A stretch of 64,000 nucleotides of DNA from Eledone cirrhosa. Its lineage: Eukaryota. Numbering within the stretch: position 1 is the first letter of the stretch; each line of letters begins with the position of its first letter. A program made the position numbers and the translations under genes. Shown here in pieces: positions 1 to 13,307 of the stretch. The stretch covers positions 167,524,001 through 167,588,000 of the forward strand of contig OZ024740.1 in the NCBI GenBank assembly GCA_964016885.1, given 5' to 3'. A model generated the notes under the pieces. That model had not been told where the DNA came from. It worked only from the letters and a program-made list of their open reading frames with translations, and ran no database searches.

Positions 1-312
1 ACAACAACATCCAAACAAACAATACGAGAACAAACAATAAGAGAAGTATAAATAAATAAATATATACACAAGCACAATAACAACAAACACATATAAACAC
101 ACACTAGTAAACTAAGATATAATACAATAACCAAACACGAACACACATCAAACACTATGCACACACGCAAACGTATGCGCAGAGAAGACAAAAAATAAAT
201 AAATAAATAAACAGACTAAATAAAGATGGCGGAGGCATACAATACAACAGTAGGAAACATAATAACTCCACTGACGATGTTGCAGATGTGCAACGAAAGA
301 ACTTCGTTAGAC
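1..312 (+). mobile_element. Penelope-type terminal repeat fragment with a degenerate hammerhead core, ending at (TA)n
   Basis: CTGACGA-T-GTTGCA(GATG)TGCAAC-GAAA-GAACTT at 271-304. Similar to the reverse complement of 37150-37400 (AAGATGGCG-AGG...CACTGANGA...CGAAAGAACTT). Stem I no longer pairs. Confidence 0.55.
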
Positions 313-539
313 TATATATATATATGTGTTTGTGTCTATATCATATCTGTATTTTTGACCGTTGGTCAGTCAATGGTAACATTGAGGACCGAATAAATTA
401 AATTAACCGATATAAAAAATACAGAAGCGAAAACCAACCAAACAGTGAGTGTGTTCTGTTATTAATTCTGGCAATATTATGACACAAATATGACCCTCCC
501 CAATTATAACAATATATATATGTGGGGGGGGTGTATGTA

Positions 540-576
<37 letters not shown>

Positions 577-1119
577 GTGTGTATATGTGTTTGTGTGTGC
601 GTGTGTTTGCGTTTGTTTGAATTTCTGCTTGTATGGGTGTATATGTTTCGCCGAAGATAAACGCAGGCCCAATTATAAACATTATTGCCAATATTATTTA
701 AAATGAAATTAAAATTGTTCAGATAGAAAAACTAGATTTATAAAAATGTCATTTTTTAACCTTGTCTGATTAAAGTTACGAGAGGAAATAAAAACGCATA
801 AATTGCTTCTCAAGACATTATTTTGAATGAAAGCCTAAACTATTATCGTCTGTAGAGATTTCAATTTCTTTCTTAATATATTTATGTAGTTATATATTTA
901 TGTTTGCTTCCATTTAATGCAGGCTGATATTTACAGCAATACCAACAGCAATCTTACACCAACATTAGTCCTAAGAAGAATAGGAAATATTAAAAACAAA
1001 AGGGTGAATAGAAAAATAATCAAAAAGTAAAATAATATGATATATCTGTTCATGCTCTACAAATAAATAAAAACAGAAATGATTCCATTACTTCTATCGC
1101 TAATAATAATAATAATAAT

Positions 1120-1280
1120 GGTTTCTGATATATGCACAAGGCCAACAATTTTGGGGCAGGGGAAAGACGATTAAATTGATTTCAGTGCGTTACTAATACT
1201 TTATTTTATAGACGCCGTAAGGATGAAAGGCAAAGCTAATCTAGGTTGGATTTGAATTCAGAATGAAAAGGACCGTAACT
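1120..1280 (-). mobile_element. tRNA-derived SINE family A, diverged copy
   Basis: Matches the GTAAGGATGAAAGGCAAAG...GGATTTGAA core repeated more than 15 times in the window. Confidence 0.75.
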
Positions 1281-1282
1281 AT

Positions 1283-2870
1283 CTTTATTTGTCACAATGG
1301 ACGTGGGCAGATGGGTGGTTTACAGAAAATTCGTGTAAACAATATAAAGAATATATATAACATAAAAATACAGGTTCCTCAAAAGGTGGGGGAGGACAAA
1401 CCAGGGACAATTCAGGTACCTAACAAATTCTGAACCATGCGACGCTCCAAGTGCATCCGAGGAAGGCACCCCTCTCCTCTCCAAACCAGCAAGCCTTCTG
1501 GTACGTGGTCAGAATAGGCCCATTTAAACGGGCCAACCTCGCAACATTCGCCCACCTTTTAGCAAGTGTACAGTGTGGCAGCACTTCCCTTTCCAAGTGA
1601 AACGTCAAGAAGTTGATGAGGGATTTGCAGAAGAGAAAAGTCCCTGTCCTCAATCATTTCAACCTCGTCCGCCACACAACCTCTTTCGCTACAGAGACCA
1701 AGCAGAGAAAATCTGCCTTCCCATCCGGATCCAAAGAAGGGTGATCTTCGCGATGGACTCGGTAAATAGCCCGATCCGTCTCACACGCCATCACAGCTGG
1801 TCGACATGTTTTTACAAGCTAGTATTGCGCGGACACAGGACGAGTTTCTGGAGAATGGTTCCGTTGCACTGCAAGAATCTTGGACCGGTCCAACCGTCCG
1901 CATTTCTGTGTCTGTAGAATTTATCTCGAACGGGAAGTGCCCTCCTGTAGGACTGCCAACTGAGGTATTTCTGGTCGTTACCCATAGAACCTGAGTCGAA
2001 AGTCCTCCGGATCAGACTGGTCAGATAATCTCCGAGTGCATTGTCAAACTTGTCCACCACTAATCCTCTATAGAGCTCTAGAGTGGAATTTCCACTGATC
2101 GCATTACTCAACTAGCAGAAGGTAGTGAGAGCCTGCTAACATTCAAAATGCCTGGCGCCCAGACTGGATCTCTTTTCGTGACCTAAGACTGTAGCTCAGT
2201 CAAAGAAATAAGCTGTGGAAAGGCCTGTCTCACAAACGGTGACCTCACCTGTTCACCGATTAAGAATATCTGTAGGAGCCGAACGGGGGCTGGGCACGAC
2301 GGTCAGATTGTAAAATATGACGGATGCGATGAACGCGTTCTGCACATCCGTCCGATATTTTATGGAGAGCTTTCTCGCTACCAAATTGTAGGTGAGAGTC
2401 ACGCCCTTGCTCGATGTCTCATATGAATTCTTATCTATTTCGAGGTCTGGTCTGAACCAAATACGGACCACGTGAACATTCGAGCAAAGTGCTGGTGAAA
2501 GGCCGCACACATCTGCCTGGAATCGTTTAACATGCGTTCATCTAGGTTCGTCAAAGGCTGAATCGTGGTTTTATTAACATGCTGTGCGACTTCCACTCGT
2601 TCCCTCATTTCTTAACATACATGCCTTAAACCTGACAATGCAGCATTTGTATTTCGCATTGAAGAAATTATCCAATGTCATTCTCGCCACTAGCACGTCA
2701 GTTGAAATGCCACTTCTAATCCCCTCATCTAATTTATCTACTACCTCCACCTCCTTTCTATTTTTTCATTGCTACTTCTTTACTGAAACCTATTGAAACC
2801 ACTATAACCTCGCTTTTGAGTGCAACCCACCACCTGTTATTGACATCCCCTATCAACTTACACGTTTCGT
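1283..2870 (-). mobile_element. Decayed, internally deleted Tx1/L1-clade LINE fragment (3' part of ORF2 and 3' UTR)
   Basis: Peptides LELYRGLVV, WQSYRRALPVRDKFYRH and SLINFLTFHLER align with the copy at 53740-55600. Confidence 0.85.
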
Positions 2871-2871
2871 T

Positions 2872-5538
2872 TCGTAGCAAAATAACAGATTATGAAAACA
2901 CCAACGACATCATGGTGCACTCGGACAAAAACTGGAAACCTCTACTTCGTCAACCTTGACAGATATCACACACTGATCAGGAGCAGCCTAAACTCCACCT
3001 ATAAAAAGGCTAGCCATTCAATTATCGAGGACATAAATCGAGATGGACAACAAATTACCTCCAGCCTCGTGGTCGTCGACCGCACTGAACCCCTAGAACC
3101 ACGGACTCCCTACTTCACACTGAAGGACCACAAATCCGACTTCAACCTCAAACCACCCATTGGCTCATAAACCCAACGAAGTCGGACATAGGGAGAATCA
3201 GTAAAAAGATCCTAGACCGAGTTATACCAAAAGTTAAGCAAAACGTGAGACTTAGCCTATGGGTCAGCACACAGGAAGTAATCTCATGTTTCAGGAATAT
3301 GGAGGACAAACGAGACACAAAATTCATCCAGTTTGACATAGAGAGTTACTATGCATCTATTACCTTACCGCTCCTTACGGCCGCCTTGGACGTTGCCGAA
3401 ACACTCACACCCATCACTGACCAAGAAAGAAATATCATTCTCCACGCCAGGAAGACAGTCCAACCTTTCGACAACTTCAAGTGGATAAAGAGGGCTCCCG
3501 ACTCCCCCTTCGACGTCAGTATGGGCGCGACGGATTCGGCCGAGGTCACAGATCTTATAGGATTATTCCTACTATTTAAACTCACCGAAATGTTTCTTGC
3601 ATTCGGCGGTGGATTGTACCGGGATGATGGCTCCTAACCTTCAAAGGGTACAACCCCAGTAGTACAGACCGGGTCCGTAAATAACTAATCAACTTCTTCC
3701 GGGACTGGGGATTTAAAATCACCCTACAAACGTCCCTAACTCGAGTCAATTTCCTGGACGTAACCCTTAACCTCGAAAATGATCCGTACTACCCATACAG
3801 GAAACAAAACGACAACCTGCACTACATCCACCGCCGCTCTAACCATCCTAGAAACATCACCAATAACCTGGTTAAAAACATCTCCCTTCGCATATCTCGT
3901 TTGTCAGCTAATGAGCAGATATTCGAGGAACACGCGCCTCATTACAACCAGGCCCTCATGCGAAGTGGCTTCCGGGAGGAAATATCCTGTTATCCAGCTT
4001 CCCTTAGCTGAACCAGGAGGCGACACCGCCGCTCACGCAACGTAACGTGGTTCAATCCTCCCCCATAATGCCGAGGTGGCAACACCTATCGGGAAAATCT
4101 TCTTTAGACTCCTCGAAAAACACTTCCCACAACAACACCGCTACCACAACATAATCAACAAAAACACCATCAAACTCTCCTACAGCACCACACCTAACTT
4201 CGCACAAAACATCGTCTCCTCAAACAACAAAAAACTCAACTCCTATGGAAGAAATAACCTAGACATCAGTGGGGAGCCGGCCAGGAGGTGTAACTGCTCT
4301 GATAGATCTACGTGCCCCCTCAACAACAAATGCCAAGAACGTAACGTGATCTACCAGTGCAACGTGAGGACGGACACCTCCAACAAAGCTTATATAGGAA
4401 TAACAACAAGACCCGGCTCTACCAACACCGATATACTTTCCGAAACTCGATCCGGCGACATGCCACTACACTTTTGGGCCACATCTGGAACCCCCAATAT
4501 AATAATATAACCTACAATCTCACTTGGAGCTTACTTTCCAGAGCTAACTCTTACACGGGAGGACGCCGTCCGTGAAACTTATGTTCGGAGGAAACATTAC
4601 AAATGGTGTTTTCGAAGGACCAACTCCTAAACGAGAAAGACGAACTGGTAACCGCATGCAAACACAGATTGCGTAGGACTTACCTCGCCCTCAAACCCCA
4701 TAACGACCCGGGTGGGTAGACAAGGGCTGATAGCCCCCCCCCCCCACACACACACACACACAGACTTGCCGAATAAGTTAGTGGAAACCCCAGCTTACTT
4801 AGGTAGATGTATCTTTTTTCTTTTCCTCTTTGTCTTATTCTTCCCACCGGTCTCATCCTATTACTTCCTTCCACTCCCTATTTTCTTCCTCGTCTGCTTT
4901 TCCCCTTTCGCCTACCCCTATGCAGCCCATCGGGCCTCTGTAGCGTCAGTTCCCCCACCCCTGTAATTTTAAGATAGAATTGGCCGAATACATTTTACTA
5001 ACTACTTATAGGAGACGTGTTAAACCCCCTTAATTTTGTATCAGTTCTGGTTCTGGTACTACTCAATTTCTACAAGTGTTTTCTATTCTCAATTTATTAA
5101 CCTGTAATTGTAAGATAGCATTGTGAAATGTTTTATTCATTTCTCACTATCTAATTTTAAATATTTTTATTTATTTCTATTATCTTTTATTGTCTCCTAC
5201 TCTCATTCGATTTACCTATTCTATAACCTCCCTCCTCCACTTCATACTCTATCCTTAGAATCTACTGTATACATATCACTTTCAACCCTTGACCGCTCCA
5301 CTCACTCCCCTATTGTTCTACAGGCAAGTTCAGCCACTCCTACCTCCCACCAAATGCCATGATAGACTTATTTGTGTTTACAACAAATTTTAACCAATCC
5401 TCTTGACAACTACAATCTTCCCGGAAGTACCCCACTTGACAAGTTCGGCTATTTATTCACCAGGCTAAAAATTCTAATTTAGTCCAGAAATAGCCGTCGA
5501 AACGGCTTGAGCTCTGCCGTCGGGTTCATACTTTTTCC

Positions 5539-5543
<5 letters not shown>
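2872..5543 (+). mobile_element. Penelope-like retroelement (probably Naiad-like), 5'-truncated and frameshifted: RT, GIY-YIG, 3' UTR, hammerhead, ending at (TA)n
   Basis: RT motifs TLKDHK, INPTKSDIGRISK, FDIESYYASI, MGATDSAEVTDLIG and GLYRDDG. Linker CNC-x5-CPLNNKC. Nuclease VIYQC...YIGIT. C-terminus LLNEKDELVTACKH. Clade assignment is from memory of motifs, not a tree. Confidence 0.9.
5424..5533 (+). ncRNA. Type-I hammerhead ribozyme with variant U3-A8 core
   Basis: TTGACAA at 5436-5442, extended stem II CGGCTATTT/AAATAGCCG, GAAA at 5499-5502, stem III ACGGC/GCCGT, GTC triplet at 5519-5521, bulged stem I AAGTA-CCC/GGG-TACTT. Confidence 0.7.
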
Positions 5544-5788
<245 letters not shown>

Positions 5789-6695
5789 GAACGAAATTAA
5801 CTGTGTACAATTATTCGTATTACATATGGGTTTATGCTTGTAGTCAACAACACCCACACTTAAACGTATTTTAAATCTGCACACACACACACACACTAAC
5901 GCACATATGTGTGTTTGCAGTGCCCACTGCAAGTGTTTGTGTTTCTATGTGAGTATGTGTTTTGGCTGTGTGCGTATGTTCAGGAAACAACACACTGTCT
6001 CTATTTCTCTCTTTATCCCCTTCAATGGTTTTCTTTTCTCTCTGTATATATGTGATCAGTTGTACCTATCTTGATAACTATAAATGTGTGTTACGTGTTT
6101 GTGTCTATCACTGTACAAATTGTTTCCACACGATATCTGCTACTATAAAAATGCACGAACCTCCCATTTTCTTGTCGTTGTCATTCTACGTTGGTGTATA
6201 TGTGTGTATGTTCGGTTTCTCTATACTCGTGCGTGCGGGTTTATATATATGTGCGCATATACATGCGCGCGTGTTTCCATTATATGCAGTTCCTTTCTAA
6301 AAGGCTTCGTCAATTCCATTTAAGGGGTTGCTGTTACCTTGACAACGTGCAGATGATATACGTGTAGTATGCATCAATACAGGTTAATATGAAGATGAAG
6401 GAAAAAAAAAACCTCTGATGAGTTGGCAACGTGTCCTCACTTTGTGAGTATGTGTGCTTCCGTATGTGACTGCGTATGTGTGTTCGTGAGTTTGTATGTG
6501 CATGTGTGTGATATAAGAACATCAAAATATAAGAAATATTAACATGATAGCCATTCATTCTCTGATTATTTCTCCTTTATTCAACTAACAACTATTTTAT
6601 CTATCCATATATGTTACGATCCACATCATCTTTGTATGCCTATTGTTATATGTATTTATCTCGGTATCATATATCTTTATTTTTTCGTCTATCTC

Positions 6696-6698
<3 letters not shown>

Positions 6699-6766
<68 letters not shown>

Positions 6767-6837
6767 GTACGTATGAATACACACACACACACACACACAC
6801 ACATACATATATATATGTATATATATATATGTATATA

Positions 6838-6905
<68 letters not shown>

Positions 6906-7039
6906 CATTTGTATATATATATACATATGTATACATATATATATATATACATATATAAACATATATTTATATATATATATATATATATATGAATACATAT
7001 ATATATATATATATACATATATATATTTATATATATATT

Positions 7040-7085
<46 letters not shown>

Positions 7086-7101
7086 TATATATAAATATAT
7101 A

Positions 7102-7147
<46 letters not shown>

Positions 7148-7160
7148 TATATATATATGT

Positions 7161-7217
<57 letters not shown>

Positions 7218-7224
7218 AGTACGA

Positions 7225-7274
<50 letters not shown>

Positions 7275-7275
7275 G
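6699..7275. repeat. Long compound (TA)n/(CA)n microsatellite
   Basis: Direct reading. Similar tracts occur at about 7500, 12480, 13170, 17705, 20276, 20820, 21230, 22975, 24395, 24765, 28225, 28665, 29557, 35335, 35797, 36722, 41687, 47040, 47560, 49604, 52423 and 53018. Confidence 0.98.
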
Positions 7276-7496
7276 TATACATTTTTCAATCACATTTTTT
7301 TATTTGTTTGACCCGAATTACCTGGTCGTTTCTATGGCTGTTCAGATAATGGTTTAACCATCGTCTCAGTGTGTCTGGCCTTTTAACGTATGTTGTAGCT
7401 CTGTTTCCTTAGAATTATTGAGCGCTTGCCACACATCTCGGAAGTTGTTTTTCGCTAATTTCCAAAGCCGAAATACGATTCTCGCTAATTTATATT

Positions 7497-7571
<75 letters not shown>

Positions 7572-7572
<1 letters not shown>

Positions 7573-8036
7573 TATATATATGAATGTATATATAGTGTAT
7601 TTTGCAATACACTGTATGCTTAATTAAAAGCATTTCGAAGACCTTACGCTATTGTTTAAGAGTAGTGACAGTCTCACTTACTTTAAATTTTCAACAAACA
7701 GTGGAGATAAAGCTGACAGAGCTCTGTTTCGAACTGATTGGTACTTATCAAAGCCAAGTACTCCACCTGTTTGCTGAAAATCATAAATGATTGATTCTTA
7801 TAGAATTCTAGTAATAATCAGGAACTGATTATACAGAGCGGTTGCCGGTCAAGCAGTAATTGAAAATTAGAATTGGTGCTCTGAAATAGTGATATATATA
7901 TGAATGTATATATAGCGTATTTTGCAATACCTCGTATGCTTAATTAAAAGCATTTCGAAGAACTTACGGTATTGTTTTAGAGTAGTGACAGTCTCACTTA
8001 CTTTAATTTTCAGCAAACAGGGGGAGATAAAGCTGA
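7572..8036 (-). mobile_element. Retrozyme-like non-coding element: about 1.4 tandem copies of a 320-bp unit containing a hammerhead
   Basis: 7572-7716 is repeated at 7892-8036 (offset 320). The hammerhead lies at 7703-7764 and the 3' end runs into (TA)n. Confidence 0.75.
7703..7764 (-). ncRNA. Type-I hammerhead ribozyme with U3-A8 core and palindromic stem III
   Basis: Minus strand reads GGAG-TACTTG-GCT TTGATAA GTAC(CAATCA)GTTC GAAA CAGAGCTCTG TC|AGC-TTTAT-CTCC. Confidence 0.8.
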
Positions 8037-8540
8037 TCCCCAAACAAGACCAGCCAAGTTCATGGACGTTATCCAACCATCCTCCTCGGGGTCTACCTAT
8101 GGGTCTCCTGCAGGTTGGTTTTGCCCGTAAAATCCCTCCGCCGATTCTTTCTTAAGACATTCTAACCACATGCCCATAGAATCGGAGATATGATCTCTCA
8201 ATTCGAAGAAGTAGTGGCTCTGCCTGCAGTGATTCTCTGATATCGGAACTACGTACTCTATCGAGGAACGTTACTCCGAAGACCCTCCGAAGAAACCCCA
8301 TTTCGGCCGCTTGTATTCGCGATCGTAATTTTTCGGTCATTAACCAAGATATAGGTAAGGGCTGGCACGAATACCGAATTAAAAATAGCTAGTTTCGTTT
8401 TTACACTTACATCCATTCTTATTACAGACTGCTGAAGCTGGTGTATTATTGCACCAGCTCCTGCAATTCTTGAACTTAAATCAGTTATCTGCCTTCCATC
8501 ACTCGTTAACACGAGTATTGAACTTCTCCACTTGCATCAG
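8037..8540 (-). mobile_element. RTE-clade (Expander/Rex3-like) LINE 3' fragment
   Basis: Peptides KTKLAIFNSVFVPALTY and RIQAAEMGFLRRVFGVTFLDRVRSSDIRESLQAEPLLLRIERS-LRFYGHVVRM. Confidence 0.85.
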
Positions 8541-11500
8541 TGGAACTTCACTAACATGTAACGTGCAATGTACAGGCCTCTTTGAGAGGATGAGTGTCTC
8601 AGTTTAATATGACCAATTACTGATTCACTGCCTTTCTGACAGTGATTCAGTGGAATTCTCCCGGAATAAATAGTCCACTGAGTGATATTATTCGAAACCA
8701 TCTGTTTTCTGGTTTTCTTCCCGATCTTTATATCTGTTTCTGAAGTATATTGCCAACACACTGTCTGCTCAACACACTTGATGATGAGCTCTTGAATTTT
8801 TAGTATGAAATAATGATAGGATGCTGATGATTGAGAATATATAAGCACAATATTGCATGCTCATACCGAAAATGCGGAGGCACAACATCAACTACAAAGT
8901 AAAATCTGGAAATTAAATATATCTTATATATCTTAAATTGATCTTCTTTCTTTCCCATAAGGAGATAAGGAGTGATTTATTTTAACTGAATGTGATGTAT
9001 TGTGAAATTCATGCTGTTGCCAAATATATTAGCCATGTAAACCTAAATGAAATAACTTCAACTGAAAATGGCATCTTAAATTATCACTCATGAAGCCCAA
9101 GGCTATAATGATAGTTAGAACAAATTAACATTTCCCCATGTATTCCTTCCTGAATGACTAATTTCATTAGTTCTTTGTATCTACTAGAGCTTCTCTGAAT
9201 TGTCATAGCATCCGTTCCATTAAATTTATTTATTTCATTTATCACTTAAATTACAAATTTGATTGTCTTCCCATTGAACTTATATCTATCATTTTTGATA
9301 TTACTTCAAACTAATGCTGATACATGGTCTTGGAACAGCCTGGTGTATATCAATCAATCTTGTGTAAATTGTTTCCAATTTTCAACAACAATGCTATGCA
9401 ATGTTTTATTTCCCACTAGGTATTTAACACACACATTCAGTGTTTGCTCTGAAACACATTAGCAACAAATTACATAAATAAAACCGTTTATTACCAAACT
9501 CTGAACGTAAATACATCTAGAATTATCCAAGAAACCGATACCTTACGCTCAAATACCTTTAATCTGAAATATATATTTGATTTTTCTTATCTTTCTGGCA
9601 ATTTCTTCTATAAGAATCATAAAGAAAATTTCAAATCACTGTTATTAATTTCACTGTAATGCATTCGAATTGTACTTTCCTTTCAAATCGATCTAATTTC
9701 ATGGTGAAATTACGCTAATATTGATATTTATAAACTATTACCTGCATTTTTCAGTAATGCATACGACATATTTAACCAACACACAACGCAAAACTGTCAT
9801 TAAAACAAATAGTTTCATGTCTTACTTTAACTGAAAATAGTAGCAAGCACTGAAATTAATGAAGTCAGCGGACTACGCTACTTGGTATAGGTTTTCTGAT
9901 GGTGTTGGTTTATTTATCTTACACCATTTATGCGATTGTTTTCGTTGTCGTTCTTTTTAGTGGCGGACAGATCAAGCTCAATATAGCTTACCTATGATCA
10001 CTTCATTCATGACTATCACATCTTTCGTTCAAGATATAGAGTTTCTAGAAGAATATTATAGAATGGTTTAACCGTAAAGAAGGGTTGATCTCATGACCCC
10101 AGCGACATCAGATGTTGCTACAGTTGTTGTTCAGTTTGAACTCCTGTAAGATGCCAACTGTTGAAAACGATGCGTATTAAGAACATTCCAGAAGGTTAGT
10201 GTTGCTAGGACAAAGGATTTTGCAAATGGGCTAATGCAAGGACTGTGAGACACAGTATTGTGGCACCAGAAGTATATTTGGCTTTAGGTGGTTCAGTAGT
10301 TGTAGGAGTAGTGGGAGAGTAGGAAGAGGGGAGAAAACACGTCTGGGTGTGTTGGTGAGAGATATTTTTTTTATGTTCTCTATTGTTAAGTTGGTGCTAA
10401 GGTGGTTTCAGATTTAGGCCTCAAGGTCAACAATTTTTTTATGGGGCAAAGCAATTAAATCGACACCAGTGCATTACTAGAGCTTTGTTTTATCGACCCA
10501 GTAAGGTTGAAAGGCAAAGCTAACCATGGTGCTAAGTGTAATAATGAAACTTCATTTCTTAAATTGTCTTTCATATATTTTCTGAATACATCCATAGTGT
10601 ACCATGTTATGTTATAGGAAATTGTTAATGCATCGTCTTCGAACTGTTCGCTGCTATGGATATTATTTCGTTTCTCATACTCCTCCATTCGCAAAAGCAG
10701 TGAGATGTTAACAGCGCGCAAGCAATTACCTCCTACTACCAAGGACATCAGAAACTAAGAATTGGCAGAAGAGAAGGGTGTCGGATTAAATTTATCAATG
10801 TTTAATCCGATGCAATGCCCTCTGAATTCAAATCTCAGCTTTGTATTTCCTCTGTTTGGAATCGATAAATAAAGTACAATTAAAGGAACGAGGCTTGCGG
10901 GAATCGTTAAACAGCTGGTTGAAATGCTTTGCGTTATCTATACCGACACTGTACGTTCTGACCCTAAACCATAGAATTGCTTCTACCAGGAGATACGACC
11001 GAAGGAATGTATAAGCTTCTTCAGCAGATTGCCCTCTCGGAGAATTTGCAGCCCCCAAAAAGGTGATCATAAACATTTTAATATTGTATTTAGATAATTT
11101 TGCGACGTTTTGAATTCTACTGTAAGCGGTAATGATGATTGTAAGGCGAAGAACAGCCTTCTATTTGCATGCCCTTGATGAATGAGAAGCCGTGTTACTG
11201 TTGTACTTCCAGCGGAATACATCCACCTACATGTTGCCTAAAAGTTCATACTTGGAAGAAAGCTTTGAAAGTAGCGACAGAGTGAATTATAAACTGTTAC
11301 CCAATAAATTAATTCTACTAGACGTGTTCAGCACATTACTTTCTCTCAGACTCAATACAGAAAGTGGTCTTCTGTCTAACCTTCCCGTGAGTCAGGATGT
11401 GTTAGCCTGAACGATCGGGAATGCATTACAGAAGAAAATATAATCAAATATAAAGGAATGTGTTGTTACAGCGGGTGTCACTGGCCATTGTCCGGAGGAA

Positions 11501-12479
11501 TACTTTTTCTGTCTTGTCAGCGGGGCGAGCACTTCTGCCCTCTTCCCTAGGCCCAAACCCAAATCACCCACCCCCACCCCTCACCCCCACCCCACCCCGC
11601 CCTTCTCCCTTCCCTCTATTCTGCGACACCAGAGCGCTTGCCACCATCCCCACTTCCCATTCTTTTTCTTCTTTATTTCTCTCTTTTTTTCTATATGTCC
11701 CTATTCTTTCTTTCCTTTTGATTCCCCTTTTTTCATTACTAGATTATTACCAGCGGGCAAATTTCTTACTAATTGACCATGCTTGATCGTTGTATTGGTA
11801 TTTGAATCAACTTGTCTTCAGCTAGAGTACTCTCATTCCAAAACGCAAGTTTCAGAGTGCGTTTAACATTATTATTTTGTTGATTGACTACAATGGTAGG
11901 ATAATGACCGTGCCCGGCCTGCAGCGAACTGGGGCACCTGTCCGGCCAAAACTGTTCATTTATTGTTCCCAAGTCCTGATTGCCATTTATTAATTCTGTA
12001 TAAGACATTTCAAATAGTTCATGTCAAGTCACTCGTGAGTGTTATTGCTAACAGGTAGCCCAGTACAACCGGTAACATGGTCGGGGTGTCGGTGACTAAA
12101 CCGGCAACCACATCAAGATTGTTTCGAGAGGAGGATGAATAATGGACATATGCAAGACGAAAAGCTAAACCCGTCAATGAGCTGAGAATCTAATGTCAGC
12201 CAATGGACATCCATTAGTATGTACACATTTAAAAGACTAAAAAGATAAACATATAGAAATAAATATTTCTTATACACATACATATTGTGAGTATATGTAT
12301 GTGTATATATAGAGAATTTTAAAGAAATCTTTATTTCTATATTTTTATCCTTTTAGCCTTTTAAATGTTTCTACTATGTATTATTTTATGTATTCCATTT
12401 TAGTTTTTATTTTCATATATATTTTATATTATTACTTTATTATATATCGTTTTTTATAACTCTAATATAATACTATGTT

Positions 12480-12558
<79 letters not shown>

Positions 12559-13174
12559 AAATATGTATACGTGCTGAAGGACTTTGGTACTCATGAAGTA
12601 CTGAGTACGATCCCACTAAGTACCATTTTATACAATATTTTTGCTCGCTAGAAACCTTTGTGTAAATCCTTCGTTTAAACACTACATGTAATATAAAGAT
12701 ACATCCTTGCCAAGCTGACTTGGTTTGAAGGTTATGCTATGGATATTTGACTGGAATACTGAGCCACTTATACGTTAGTTATTGGACTTTGCCTTGCTTT
12801 GATCAACAATTGATTACTCATAGAATAAAACCAATGGAGGCTCCATCCTTATTACTATTATTATCATGTGTATATGTGTGGGTGTGTGTTTGGATAAAAC
12901 TATTTAAATAAACATCCTCCCAAAGCAACTGATACATTACTATTTTCCAGTTTTATCATTTGAAACATACATCAACTGATTGAATAGATGGATATTTCAA
13001 TTGCAGAGATGTTTCTGCAGATTCTAATCTGTATATGTGTTGTATTTGTTTTTTCGTAGTGTTTTATATTACACCGTTGCTTTTAATTAGGCTCCAACCC
13101 TCACCACGCAACCATATACTTATCATATGGTACATTCCTATCAAGTTTTTACATCCCTATCAAGTTTTACACAC

Positions 13175-13307
<133 letters not shown>

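Noticed and set aside
6410-6445. CTGATGA-GTTGGCAAC hammerhead 5' half
   Set aside because: No GAAA, stem III or pairing stem I follows. At most a truncated remnant.
9985-10165. Minus-strand exon-like segment with donor AG|GTAAGC and CAG acceptors
   Set aside because: Stops occur in all three frames. It could be non-coding but there is no support.
12225-12370. Imperfect AT-rich inverted repeat with about 45-bp arms
   Set aside because: Probably another decayed foldback, but low complexity and no associated motif.
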